Of a stretch of 64,000 nt of DNA, positions 48,435 through 57,279 are shown piece by piece. Position numbers and translations under genes: made by a program. The stretch is from positions 896,001 through 960,000 of the forward strand of contig CAVYRF010000002.1 of assembly GCA_963770895.1 (NCBI GenBank), in the 5' to 3' direction. This DNA comes from an uncultured Acidobacteriota bacterium. GTDB lineage: Bacteria; Acidobacteriota; Thermoanaerobaculia; Multivoradales; UBA5704. The number at the start of each line of letters is the position of its first letter. Within the stretch, counting starts at the first letter, position 1. The notes beneath the pieces are model-generated. The model was not told the origin of the DNA. It searched no databases and worked only from the letters and a program-made list of their open reading frames with translations.

Positions 48435-51400
48435 TTAGTTGCAGGGCAATGCGTTGGTGTCCTGGACGGGGAGCGCGGCGGTCAGGTCGGGGTTGGTGTA
48501 GGTCTTCACTTCGTTGGTCTGGGTGTCGGTGACGGTGACGGTGAAGCCGACGTTGGTGCCGGCGGCGTAGAAGATCCAGTAGCGGTTGTTGACGCCGCAG
48601 GCATTCAGGACCTTGACCAGCATCTCGGGGTTGGTGGGGTTGAAGAACCAGAAGAGGCCGCCCTGGGACACTCCCAGCTCGGCCAGGGCGATCGCCTGGC
48701 CGTCGCCGTTGCTGCCGCCGCCTTGCGCGGTGTGGTAGTGGGCTTTGACGGCGAAACGGTCGCCGATGCATAGCTGGGTGGACGTGGTGGCGCAGCCGGC
48801 CTGCGCTGCGGGCGGCGGCACGACCGAATCGGCGGCGGTGGTGGGCGGTGCGGGCGCGTTGTTCGCGCTGGCCGCTGTTGTCGCCGCATCACCCGCTTCG
48901 CTCGCGACAAGCGCTGCGGTCGTGTGGCTCGCGGCGGCCGCGCCGAGCGCGGCGGGCGTCCCGCCGGAAACGATTACGTCGCTCGGGGAGCTGTCGGCCA
49001 CGGCGGACGGTGGCGGGGCTGGGGCGGCGAGGCCGGCGGTGGTGCAGGAGAAGGCGGCGGTGTCCTGGACAGGCAGCGCGGCCGTGCCGTCCTGGTTGGT
49101 GTAGACCTTGGTGCTGCCGGTGACCGAGTCGGTGACGGTGACGGTGAAGCCGACGTTGGTGGTGGCAGACGAGAAGACCCAGTAGTGCTGATTGACGCCG
49201 CAGGCGTTCAGCACCTTGAGCAGCATTTCGGGGTTGGAGGGGTCGAAGAACCAGAAGAGGCCGCCATGGGAGACGCCGATGTTGGCCAGGGCGATCGCCT
49301 GACCGAAACCGGAGTGGCCGCCGCCCTCGCTGGTGTGGAAGCTGGTGGTCACCTGCCACCGCCCGTCGCCGGGCTGGTCGTCCAGGCAGATGGTGGTGGC
49401 GCTTGCGGCGCAGCGGCTGCTGAACACGTAGATGGCGCCCTGCGCGCTGTGCAATCCAAGGGTGGCGAAGGTCGCTCCGACGGCCGCCGTCTTGCCGTCG
49501 CCGGAGAGCGCCACGATGCCCATTTCTTCGCTGGCCTGGCCGTCGCCCGCGACGAGCTTGGACACTTCGGTTGCGTCGGCCCAGGCGGCGCCGGGGCGGG
49601 CGAAGGCGTAAGCGGCGCCCTGGTTGGCGTTGCCGTCGACGGTTGCGGCTCGGGTGCCGCCCAGGATCGTGCTGCCGTCGTCGCTGATCGCCACCGAGGT
49701 GCCGAAGCTGTCGTTGCGGGCGCCGTCGGATGCGGTCAGCTTGGCGATCTGGGTGCCGTTGGCCCACCCGGAGGTAGGACGGGCGAAGACGTAGACGGCG
49801 CCCTGCGAGGCCTTGCTGTCGATGGCGGCGCCGCTGGCGCCGGCGGCGATGGTCGCGCCGTTGCTGCTGACCGCCACACCGAATCCCAGCTGGTCGCCGG
49901 CGGCGCCATCGGACGCGGTCAGCTTGGCGGTCTGGGTGGCGTTCACCCAGGTGTGGCTGGGCGACCAGGTGTACACATAGACCGCGCCCTGCGTCGCCTT
50001 GTTGTCGACAGTCGCCGCCGCACCGGCGGCGATGGTCGCGCCGTCGCCGCTGATCGCGTTCATCAGGCCCAGGCCGTCCTGGGCGGCCCCGTCCGAAGCG
50101 GTGAGCTTGGCGGTCTGCGTGCCGCTGATCCAACCGTTGGTGGGGCGGGCAAAGACGTAGAGCGCCCCCTGCGCGGCGTGGCTGCCGATCATGGCATGGT
50201 CGGTCGATGCGACCACGGTGGTGGCGTTGGCGTCGATCGCGACGGCACGCAGCTCGTCGCCCGCGGCGCCGTCTCCGGCGGTGAGCTTGGCCTGCTGCGT
50301 CTGGTTGGTCCAGGCGGTGCCGCCGCGCAGGAAGACGTAGACCGCCCCCTGCCCGCCATGCCCGCCCACCGTGGCGAAGGGTGCCACCGCCAGGATCGTC
50401 GAGCCGTCGGCGCTGATCGCGACGCCCTGGGGGAAATCGCCCAGCTGGTCGCTGGCGGCGCCGTCGGAGGCGGTCAGCTTGGCGGTCTGCACGCCGTTCG
50501 CCCAGCCGCTCACCGGGCGCGAAAACACGTACACCGCGCCGGCGGCGGCATGCCCCCCCACCTCGGCTTCGGGCGCCCCGGCCACCACCGTCTGACCGTC
50601 GTCGCTGATCGCCACGGCGGCTCCCAGGTTGTCGCCCGCGGCGCCGTCCGCTGCCACCAGCTTGGCCACCTGCATGAAGGGGTCGACCGTCACCGGATAG
50701 ACCGCCCCGGCGTCCTGCACCTCGACCAGCAGCCGGTCGCGGCGCAACGCAAAGCGTGCCGCAAGCTGCCGACCGCGCGCGTCGTAGGCCGTCAAGCCGC
50801 CGTAGCGCAGCACCGGACCGCCACCTGCCAACGTCGTCGCTGCCGGCGGAGGCAGCAGCGTCAGGTCGCGTCCGTCCACCGAAACCGCGGCGCGCAGATC
50901 CCCTGCCAGCGCCAGCTCGAGGCGCAGCGCCCCCGCACCGGCCGGCGCGCGGCCGATCGTCCACCCCTCTTCGAGGCCCGCCGGGCCGTTGACGAACCAG
51001 GTGTCGACAGCCCCGCCACCGCCGGCGATATCGCTCGCGAAGTCGACCCGGTTGCGCGCCGTCCTGCGCGCCCTGAGCCGAGCGGCGTCGGGCGCCGCCT
51101 GCCGTTCGCCATCGCGCCCGACCACCGCCGCCGACAGCTGCCAGCGGTGGCCGCCGGCGGCAACCTGGACGCCGCCATTGCGGACCAGCGCCGAGGCGCC
51201 GCCACCGGCCAGCGTCGCGGCATAGCCGCCGCCCTGTGCGGTCAACGCGTACCCAACGTCATCGCGCCCCAGGGTCGACGACACGACCGCGCGCAGCGCC
51301 GGCGAGTCGGGAAGAGCCGCTGGCGCCGCGGCCGCACTGGCGACCGAAGCACCGCTCAGCACCCCCAGGGCCAGCCCGCCCCAGGCCGCCGCCACGTGGG

Positions 51401-51461
51401 TCAGGCACCGGCGGGTCCGGGCGCGATGAGGATCGGCCTGCGGGGGCTGGGCATGCAGCAT
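48435..51461 (-). CDS. Secreted 7-bladed FG-GAP (integrin-alpha-like) propeller protein with two C-terminal FWFF domains
   Basis: Seven AKLTASDG..GD..G..VAIS.DG....GA.......GAVYVF repeats; two GGLFWFF.P.NPEML.KVLNACGVN domains; GAAAGGA RBS. Confidence 0.9.
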   Translation of the reverse strand: MLHAQPPQADPHRARTRRCLTHVAAAWGGLALGVLSGASVASAAAAPAALPDSPALRAVVSSTLGRDDVGYALTAQGGGYAATLAGGGASALVRNGGVQVAAGGHRWQLSAAVVGRDGERQAAPDAARLRARRTARNRVDFASDIAGGGGAVDTWFVNGPAGLEEGWTIGRAPAGAGALRLELALAGDLRAAVSVDGRDLTLLPPPAATTLAGGGPVLRYGGLTAYDARGRQLAARFALRRDRLLVEVQDAGAVYPVTVDPFMQVAKLVAADGAAGDNLGAAVAISDDGQTVVAGAPEAEVGGHAAAGAVYVFSRPVSGWANGVQTAKLTASDGAASDQLGDFPQGVAISADGSTILAVAPFATVGGHGGQGAVYVFLRGGTAWTNQTQQAKLTAGDGAAGDELRAVAIDANATTVVASTDHAMIGSHAAQGALYVFARPTNGWISGTQTAKLTASDGAAQDGLGLMNAISGDGATIAAGAAATVDNKATQGAVYVYTWSPSHTWVNATQTAKLTASDGAAGDQLGFGVAVSSNGATIAAGASGAAIDSKASQGAVYVFARPTSGWANGTQIAKLTASDGARNDSFGTSVAISDDGSTILGGTRAATVDGNANQGAAYAFARPGAAWADATEVSKLVAGDGQASEEMGIVALSGDGKTAAVGATFATLGLHSAQGAIYVFSSRCAASATTICLDDQPGDGRWQVTTSFHTSEGGGHSGFGQAIALANIGVSHGGLFWFFDPSNPEMLLKVLNACGVNQHYWVFSSATTNVGFTVTVTDSVTGSTKVYTNQDGTAALPVQDTAAFSCTTAGLAAPAPPPSAVADSSPSDVIVSGGTPAALGAAAASHTTAALVASEAGDAATTAASANNAPAPPTTAADSVVPPPAAQAGCATTSTQLCIGDRFAVKAHYHTAQGGGSNGDGQAIALAELGVSQGGLFWFFNPTNPEMLVKVLNACGVNNRYWIFYAAGTNVGFTVTVTDTQTNEVKTYTNPDLTAALPVQDTNALPCN

Positions 51462-51711
51462 GGCGAGCGTCCTTTCTGACCGGGTCCGCAGCAACTTAGA
51501 GCGTGTACTGCCAATCTAGACCATCGTATTGGCAGTTGGCTATAGCACGCGGCTGCAATTCCCCTGCCGGGTACCCGCAAGCCCCGCGGTCGCTTTGGCC
51601 GTCCAGGCACCCCGATGGCCGTTCCCAGCGCCGAAACTCGCCTGAGAACGCGCTCGCCCACAGCGCGCTGCGGCTGCGAGCTCCCTGACGGTAGGCTGGG
51701 TCCACGCAACC

Positions 51712-51740
51712 TTGCACCTATCGCGCCCCGGGAGTACATC
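51712..51740 (+). promoter_or_regulatory. Promoter for a leaderless DUF433 transcript
   Basis: TTGCAC-N17-TACATC ending 6 nt before GTG 51747. Confidence 0.5.
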
Positions 51741-51746
51741 CGAAGC

Positions 51747-51959
51747 GTGAACGTCGCCGTTCTCTCCCGCGACCCCGAGGTAATGGGGGGCACTGCCGTA
51801 TTCCCGGCGACTCGCGTACCAGTCCAAACGCTGATCGAGTACCTGGAAGCAGGGGAAACCATCGATGACTTTCTCGAAGGCTTCCCCTCCGTCAAACGAG
51901 AGCAGGTCATCGCCTTTCTGGAGGCAGCGACCGAGCGCCTGGTGGCCGCGACCCCGTGA
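51747..51959 (+). CDS. DUF433 antitoxin
   Basis: RDPEVMGGTAVFPATRVPVQTLIEYLEAGETIDDFLEGFPSVKREQV. Confidence 0.9.
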   Translation: MNVAVLSRDPEVMGGTAVFPATRVPVQTLIEYLEAGETIDDFLEGFPSVKREQVIAFLEAATERLVAATP

Positions 51960-52123
51960 GGGTCCTCCTTGACGAATGCATCGCGCCCTCAAGTCGGCCC
52001 AACCTGGTACGGCAACCCACGTGGAGCTCTGATCCGCAAACCCTCGTCTGCTGTGACAAGGTCGGTCAGGCGCAGCGTCGTACTGCTGGAGGCCAAGGAC
52101 GAAGCCGCGGGCGCCGGGGCTGA
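51956..52123 (+). pseudogene. Truncated DUF5615/PIN toxin
   Basis: GTGA-coupled start MRVLLDECI, after which similarity to the family is lost. Confidence 0.7.
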
Positions 52124-52197
52124 GCCGACCAGGGTCTCCGTGCTGCTGAAAGACGGCGTGGGGAAGATCGATTTCAAGCGGGACAAGCCAGGAGAGG

Positions 52198-52350
52198 TCA
52201 CGCAGCGCCCCAAAATCTCGTGGACCCTCGTCGGTTGGTGGCCGCTCGCCCAGGGCGTCCTGGAGCTCTAGCGCTCACCAAGCCATTTGAACCGGCCGCT
52301 CGCGTCAAGACGATGAGTGGTGAAGCGTTGACCGCGGGCCTCTCAGCCAC
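52198..52350 (-). pseudogene. Truncated DUF3368/PIN toxin
   Basis: MAERPAVNASPLIVL N-terminus only, overlapping the UPF0175 stop. Confidence 0.65.
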
Positions 52351-52460
52351 GCTCCAGCTCGTGCTGCAAGTCGTCGAAGTCCACGACGAAGGCATCGACG
52401 CCTTCCCGCGCCAGCGCCATCAAGAAGTCGGTTCGATCCGAGCCCGCAACCTGGTTTCTC
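52343..52460 (-). pseudogene. C-terminal remnant of a UPF0175 antitoxin
   Basis: QVAGSDRTDFLMALAREGVDAFVVDFDDLQHELERG; the 5' part is missing where the upstream cassette ends. Confidence 0.65.
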
Positions 52461-52491
52461 AGTGGCTCTCCTGGCCGGAGCGGAACTCGGA

Positions 52492-53631
52492 CTATCCGAC
52501 TGCTGCCCTGGCGATTTCCTCGATTCTCTCGCTCCGAGCCTGAACCTCGAGTTGGCGACAGTTGCATGCGAGCAGATTGTCAAGGTGAAGCGCGTATCGC
52601 AGAGTCGCCTTTGCCACGGTACGAGCCTTGCGCAGTCGCGACTGAAACTCTTCACAATGAGCAGGTATCAGTGAAGCTGGGACACGTTGAGGGCTGCGGT
52701 AGAAGCAGTCGTCAACGGGGGGTACGCCGGCAGCGAACCGCAGACATGCCAAGCGATAGTCCAGGTAGCGTAAGTGCCGAGAAAAGAGATTATGGACATC
52801 CTGCCGCATCTTTGGCAGCCGGAGGAACTCGGCTCGGCTCGGATGGGATTCGCCAGCGGGATCGCCAGCGTCGAGATCTAAAAGATGGACCCGAACGATC
52901 GACTCACTGAGAATGTCGGCTGTATCGTCTCGCTGAACTTCGCTCGCCCGATCCATGTAAATCCGTAGCAGCTCTCGAAGCATCACAGGTGATTGCCCCT
53001 CGGCCAAGGCGAGGTCCAACCCTGCATCTGCAATGTAGCGCTCGACCGTCGCCGACCCCTTCCACCGTTTCAGGGCAGCGAGCCACTCCCTGCTATCTGA
53101 AAATCTACCGAGCTCCGTGCAAATGCCAGCTGCCAGATATGCCAGGTACTGCCGAGAGGACTCGGCAAGTTCCGGGAGCTGATACGTGGCCTCACAAAGA
53201 CCCAGGGCCTTTCCGCAATCGCCACATCTCATGGCCCATTGGACCTCAAATTCGGAGACGTCATTCGCCAACTGACGATCGTTGCCGGCGTATACTCTGA
53301 GGTCGGCGACCAAGCGCTCCAGCCGCGACCGTTCCGGCCTCGCACTGAGAGTGATGTGAGCTAAATACAGCCGCGACAGCCATGCATCCCGCCGAGGGGC
53401 TTCCTCCGGCTCCGATTGACGCGCCTCGAGGAGCAGTTTAAGGCCGCCGCGACAGTCGCCTGAGATTGCGGTTGAGATGCCGGCCTGCACCATCGCCTTG
53501 AACCAGACCGCGCGATTGCCAACCGCAAGTGCAGCCGACGCCGTGCTCCGAAATAGCAGGGCTGCTTCTGCAGAACGGCTGGCGCGGCTCGCCCGCCAGG
53601 CTTCGTCGAGAAGTTCGTCATGGTGTGCCAT
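52492..53631 (-). CDS. Hypothetical all-helical/TPR-like partner of the Hsp90-NDT fusion
   Basis: 379-aa ORF from ATG 53631 (a TTG at 53661 overlapping the upstream stop is possible), co-oriented with the Hsp90 gene and similarly lower in GC; Ala/Leu-rich helical repeats. Confidence 0.75.
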   Translation of the reverse strand: MAHHDELLDEAWRASRASRSAEAALLFRSTASAALAVGNRAVWFKAMVQAGISTAISGDCRGGLKLLLEARQSEPEEAPRRDAWLSRLYLAHITLSARPERSRLERLVADLRVYAGNDRQLANDVSEFEVQWAMRCGDCGKALGLCEATYQLPELAESSRQYLAYLAAGICTELGRFSDSREWLAALKRWKGSATVERYIADAGLDLALAEGQSPVMLRELLRIYMDRASEVQRDDTADILSESIVRVHLLDLDAGDPAGESHPSRAEFLRLPKMRQDVHNLFSRHLRYLDYRLACLRFAAGVPPVDDCFYRSPQRVPASLIPAHCEEFQSRLRKARTVAKATLRYALHLDNLLACNCRQLEVQARSERIEEIARAAVG

Positions 53632-53650
53632 GGTAATGACAGTCGGCGGC

Positions 53651-56353
53651 TCACATGGCAAGGTTGTCTCTGATGCGCCTCAGTACGACTGCGGCAAGGT
53701 CTGCCTCTCCGCCAAGCAAGCTTTCGAGCTGCTTCTCATCTGCCTTTCTCCACACCGTTCCAGTTGGATACGCCTCGCTAAGGCGATCGTAAAGAACTTT
53801 CGACGGGAGGATCTCCTTGGTCCAGGCGCGTAGCGCTCGCGGCGAGATATACTCCTCGCGTCCTTCCCGCTTGAGCAAGACGCTCAGCCGCTCGTTTCTG
53901 CGAAAGCCCTCCTCAAGCTGAGTGGCGATCTCTGTTGCGGTCTGGTCTGACTGATAGAGCCCCCCCGTGATGTGGCCGGCGAGGTCAGAGGGAAGCGTAG
54001 GGGTGTCGCCGGCGCTCGCAACGCGGGCAATGAGCAGACTCGGCAGATGACCGCGGCCGTACAGCGCGGCCCCCAGCTCCATCATAACGTTGGGGTTCGC
54101 GCCACTCACGTCGGCAACGAAAAAGTCCGCATCGTTGAGATGCGCCTCGACATTGCCACGAATTATATCCTCAAAGGTTCGCTGATCGGCGGTCCGGAGC
54201 TCACAGCCGAGGCGGTCTTCCACCGTCATGCGCACGGCCTCCCGTGAGACGTCGAATTCCTTTGAAAAGGGAGTCATCAGAAAGGCGGTGAGATGCGTTC
54301 GTTCGCGTCGCCGCGGCAGAGTAATTTGTCTGCGCTGCTTGTCCAGCTCCGCCCGCTCATGAGCCATGGTCACCTTCTCCACCAGGAACTGAAGCGATTT
54401 GCTCATCAGGCGTTGAAACTGAGCATGAAAGATTTGCGCATTGCTGGGAGTCATGAGCTCTTGATTGTAGAGAATTGCATCGTTATAGACGCAGAGCATG
54501 AGGTCGACCAGGTCTTCGTCATCGGGATTGACCTCGACCAAGCTAGCGAGAGACCGGATCAAGGGATTGGCGGCGTTGATGCTCATCCGCATATCGGCGT
54601 TGCGGCTCAGAATCAGCATCTCCTCTGCCATGACGCGCAGATCGGAAGGACTGTTCGGATCGTTGAGGATGCTTCGGGCCTTCATGCTTCCCTGCGCGAC
54701 CTCGTTGCTTTTCAGCACGGCAGGCAGGGAATCCGGCTGGAAGCGACGCGGCTCCACTCGCAAGCGGCCGGTGCCGCCGGGCCGCAAGCGGTGCGACATC
54801 TGTTGAGCCAGGATCCGGACGGCGCGATCTTGCGTTGGATCTACCTCGCGAAAAACGGTAGGGTCGTCCTCGCGATCCACATAGACGAGACACAGCGCTC
54901 CCTTTCGGCGTTCGACCCAGGTCTTGATCAGCTCGGCCTCAAAAAAGTAGCTAGCGTCTACGACGGTTGTGCCGGCGGCATCCGCCATTTCGAAGAACTG
55001 GTTCGCAGAGCTGCGCGTCGTGAAGCAGGGTAGGCGTTTACTGCCATCCCCCTCCCGGGCGGGGAGGGCGGCTTCGATCTCCGACAGGGTCGCCCAGGTG
55101 TAGTTCGCCCCAGCATCTTCGCTGACAAAGCGGCGTCCTCCGTGCCATGTGCGGGCGCTTGACGCCGCCGATTTGGCGTTGATTCTCCATTCCAGGAGGT
55201 GGGCGAACTTGTCAAAGAATGGATCGTAGTGAAAGCAGGCAGCCTTGATGCCAAGGTCGTGGAAGGCCAGGATCTCCGAGAGGCGCTGGGGCTCCTTCTC
55301 CCGCAGGTGCTCGAAATGCCTGACGATGATGTCGCCGAGACGGTCGCGGAGCGCCGTAAAGCTGGAATCCCGTGTGAAGTTGTCGCGCGCCGCGTTCGGC
55401 GAAAGACTGCTGGTATTGATGATCCCGTTGACAAAGCGAGCCCAAGGCGGCAGGATCTCCTTGGCCTCCTCGCACAGGAACATGCGCTTGAGGAACACTC
55501 TCACCGTCCGGGGCGCATCGGTGGCGATGAGGCGAGTGCGGGTGATGTAGAGCAGGCCCTCTGCATGAAGCGCCGGAACGCCGCCCACGGCCGGGTCAGT
55601 AATATCTATTGGGATTACTTCGAGGACACTGTCTGGGACGGTGCGCTCCAGGTAGATCATGCTGTCAAAGCGCATCTCGGATTCGGAGATGCCATTGCGC
55701 TCCCATGGCATCACCATGGTGTTGATCTGTGCGCCATGATGCCCTGGATCGTTCAGGTAGATAGGGATGCGGAGCATGTCCGCATAGGTGCGGACGACCT
55801 TCTTGATGAAGTCCTCGTGCAAGAGGCCGCGGTCTTCAGCAGACCTGAGGTGAACCGTAACCTCTGTGCCGATGGTTGGGAGCGTGCAGGGCGAAATCGT
55901 GTAGTCCTTGTTGCCCGAGTTCTCCCAGAGACAACCGTTGTCCGGAAGTGCGTCCCAAGCGCGCGTGCGGACCTCCACACGGGCACCCACCACGAACCCG
56001 GATAGAAAGCCGATACCGAACTGGCCGATCGCATCCGGCACCTCGTCCTTGGCAGCTTTCGTCCCAGACTTACCTATGGTCGAGAGGAAATCCTCCAAAT
56101 CCTGCACACTCATGCCGATGCCGTTGTCGCGAAAAACGATGCGGGCCGGAGAGGCCGTCAGGTCGGTCAAGATCCCGATATGCCCCTGCTCGCGGCTGAA
56201 CAACGGATCTTTGGTGGCTCGGCGCAGGATGGCATCGTGGGCGTTCTGTATGAGCTCTCGGATGAACACCTTCTTTTCCGAATAGAGATGCCCGGCGAGG
56301 AGCTGGATCAGGCCGTCAAAGTCGAAGGTCATCTCATTGTGGATAGTGGGCAT
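53651..56353 (-). CDS. Hsp90/HtpG-family ATPase fused to a nucleoside-2-deoxyribosyltransferase/TIR-like domain and an HhH-like tail
   Basis: LYSEKKVFIRELIQNAHDA, DNGIGM, IGQFGIGF, GTEV, PNAARDNF, INAANPLI; then AFLMTPF...ADFFVADVSGANPNVMMELG...LPSDL; tail RLSEAYPT...KADEKQLESLLGG. Confidence 0.9.
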   Translation of the reverse strand: MPTIHNEMTFDFDGLIQLLAGHLYSEKKVFIRELIQNAHDAILRRATKDPLFSREQGHIGILTDLTASPARIVFRDNGIGMSVQDLEDFLSTIGKSGTKAAKDEVPDAIGQFGIGFLSGFVVGARVEVRTRAWDALPDNGCLWENSGNKDYTISPCTLPTIGTEVTVHLRSAEDRGLLHEDFIKKVVRTYADMLRIPIYLNDPGHHGAQINTMVMPWERNGISESEMRFDSMIYLERTVPDSVLEVIPIDITDPAVGGVPALHAEGLLYITRTRLIATDAPRTVRVFLKRMFLCEEAKEILPPWARFVNGIINTSSLSPNAARDNFTRDSSFTALRDRLGDIIVRHFEHLREKEPQRLSEILAFHDLGIKAACFHYDPFFDKFAHLLEWRINAKSAASSARTWHGGRRFVSEDAGANYTWATLSEIEAALPAREGDGSKRLPCFTTRSSANQFFEMADAAGTTVVDASYFFEAELIKTWVERRKGALCLVYVDREDDPTVFREVDPTQDRAVRILAQQMSHRLRPGGTGRLRVEPRRFQPDSLPAVLKSNEVAQGSMKARSILNDPNSPSDLRVMAEEMLILSRNADMRMSINAANPLIRSLASLVEVNPDDEDLVDLMLCVYNDAILYNQELMTPSNAQIFHAQFQRLMSKSLQFLVEKVTMAHERAELDKQRRQITLPRRRERTHLTAFLMTPFSKEFDVSREAVRMTVEDRLGCELRTADQRTFEDIIRGNVEAHLNDADFFVADVSGANPNVMMELGAALYGRGHLPSLLIARVASAGDTPTLPSDLAGHITGGLYQSDQTATEIATQLEEGFRRNERLSVLLKREGREEYISPRALRAWTKEILPSKVLYDRLSEAYPTGTVWRKADEKQLESLLGGEADLAAVVLRRIRDNLAM

Positions 56354-56370
56354 AAGCAGATTTTACCGCA
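56354..56370 (-). promoter_or_regulatory. -10 element giving a leaderless transcript of the Hsp90-NDT gene
   Basis: TAAAAT (56365-56360) exactly 6 nt before ATG 56353; no SD sequence. Confidence 0.55.
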
Positions 56371-56525
56371 GCTGGACCGGGATATTGGGTGAAGGCCGTT
56401 GAAATTGGCAGCTGCCGAGGACGCTCGTATCGCTCATTAGCCATAGGCGGATCAATGAGGCGCCGATGGTCAGCTGGCTGGCGCTTGTCTATACGACGGC
56501 GCTAGTGCCGCCAGCACCCGCTCGC

Positions 56526-56567
56526 ATGGCCGGCCGATTCCCGTTGCTTATGGATGAACACGTCCCG
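56526..56567 (+). pseudogene. Possible DUF5615/PIN toxin N-terminal remnant
   Basis: MAGRFPLLMDEHVP ends exactly at the stop codon of the oppositely oriented DUF433 gene. Confidence 0.45.
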
Positions 56568-56879
56568 TTATGGGCCGACTCCGTGGCTGACCTGAATGGG
56601 ATTCGGTTCGGCCAGCCTTCCAAGCTCCGCGTCTTCGGCGAGCGCTGCGTCAATCTCGGCTTGGTGGTCGTAGTAGTAGGCGAGAGCGGCATGAAGCTCG
56701 CCGCGCGTCAAGGTACGGGACGAGAAGTACTGCAGCAACTCGTCGTCCGGCACTCCGGCCCGCCGCGCGGCAACGATGTCCATGACACGCACGCGGGTGC
56801 CGGCGACGCACGGACGGCCGCTCATCACCTGAGGCTGCGTTGAGATGTGCGGGTACGAGAGGCAGGGGACCGCGACCAT
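56568..56879 (-). CDS. DUF433 antitoxin (second copy)
   Basis: YPHISTQPQVMSGRPCVAGTRVRVMDIV...LHAALAYYYDHQAEID. Confidence 0.88.
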   Translation of the reverse strand: MVAVPCLSYPHISTQPQVMSGRPCVAGTRVRVMDIVAARRAGVPDDELLQYFSSRTLTRGELHAALAYYYDHQAEIDAALAEDAELGRLAEPNPIQVSHGVGP

Positions 56880-56969
56880 AAGGCATCTCACAATAGCACC
56901 CCGCGGCACTGCCGCTTCGAACTCGCACGCTAATCTGGTCCGAGGCCCGAAGGAAACCGGCTCCCGCCG

Positions 56970-57258
56970 GGGCACCGAGCCGACCAAGCCATGGGCACCG
57001 AGCCACCCAGGCCATGGGTACCGAGCCGGTTGCCGGGGGCTGGGGGGACCCCTCGGCGGCGCTCTGGGGCGAAGCAAACCTGCTCATCGGCCGGCGCCCC
57101 TCCCGCAGGCCCCCACCGCCAATCGAGCCCCAGCGCGACGACCGAGGGGTCCCCCCCAGTCCCCGGCCATCAAGGCCTGGCGCGCTGTCGAGAGGTGCCC
57201 TCCAGTTCCCGGCAACCGGCCATCAAGGCCTGGCGCGCTGTCGAGAGGTGCCCTCCAG
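56970..57258. mobile_element. Family A element copy 2 with flanking tandem repeats
   Basis: Three 23-bp-period GGYACCGAGCC units (56970-57027), TIR-bounded core 57028-57171 similar to 2403-2548, and two 42-bp direct repeats at 57164-57205 and 57217-57258. Confidence 0.75.
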
Positions 57259-57279
57259 CGGCCGCCGCCCCCCCAGCGT

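Noticed and set aside
51497-51540. IS5-like end (TAGAGCGTGT) and ACTGCCAAT/ATTGGCAGT palindrome
   Set aside because: No matching second end or transposase found; it may be an operator, but support is insufficient.
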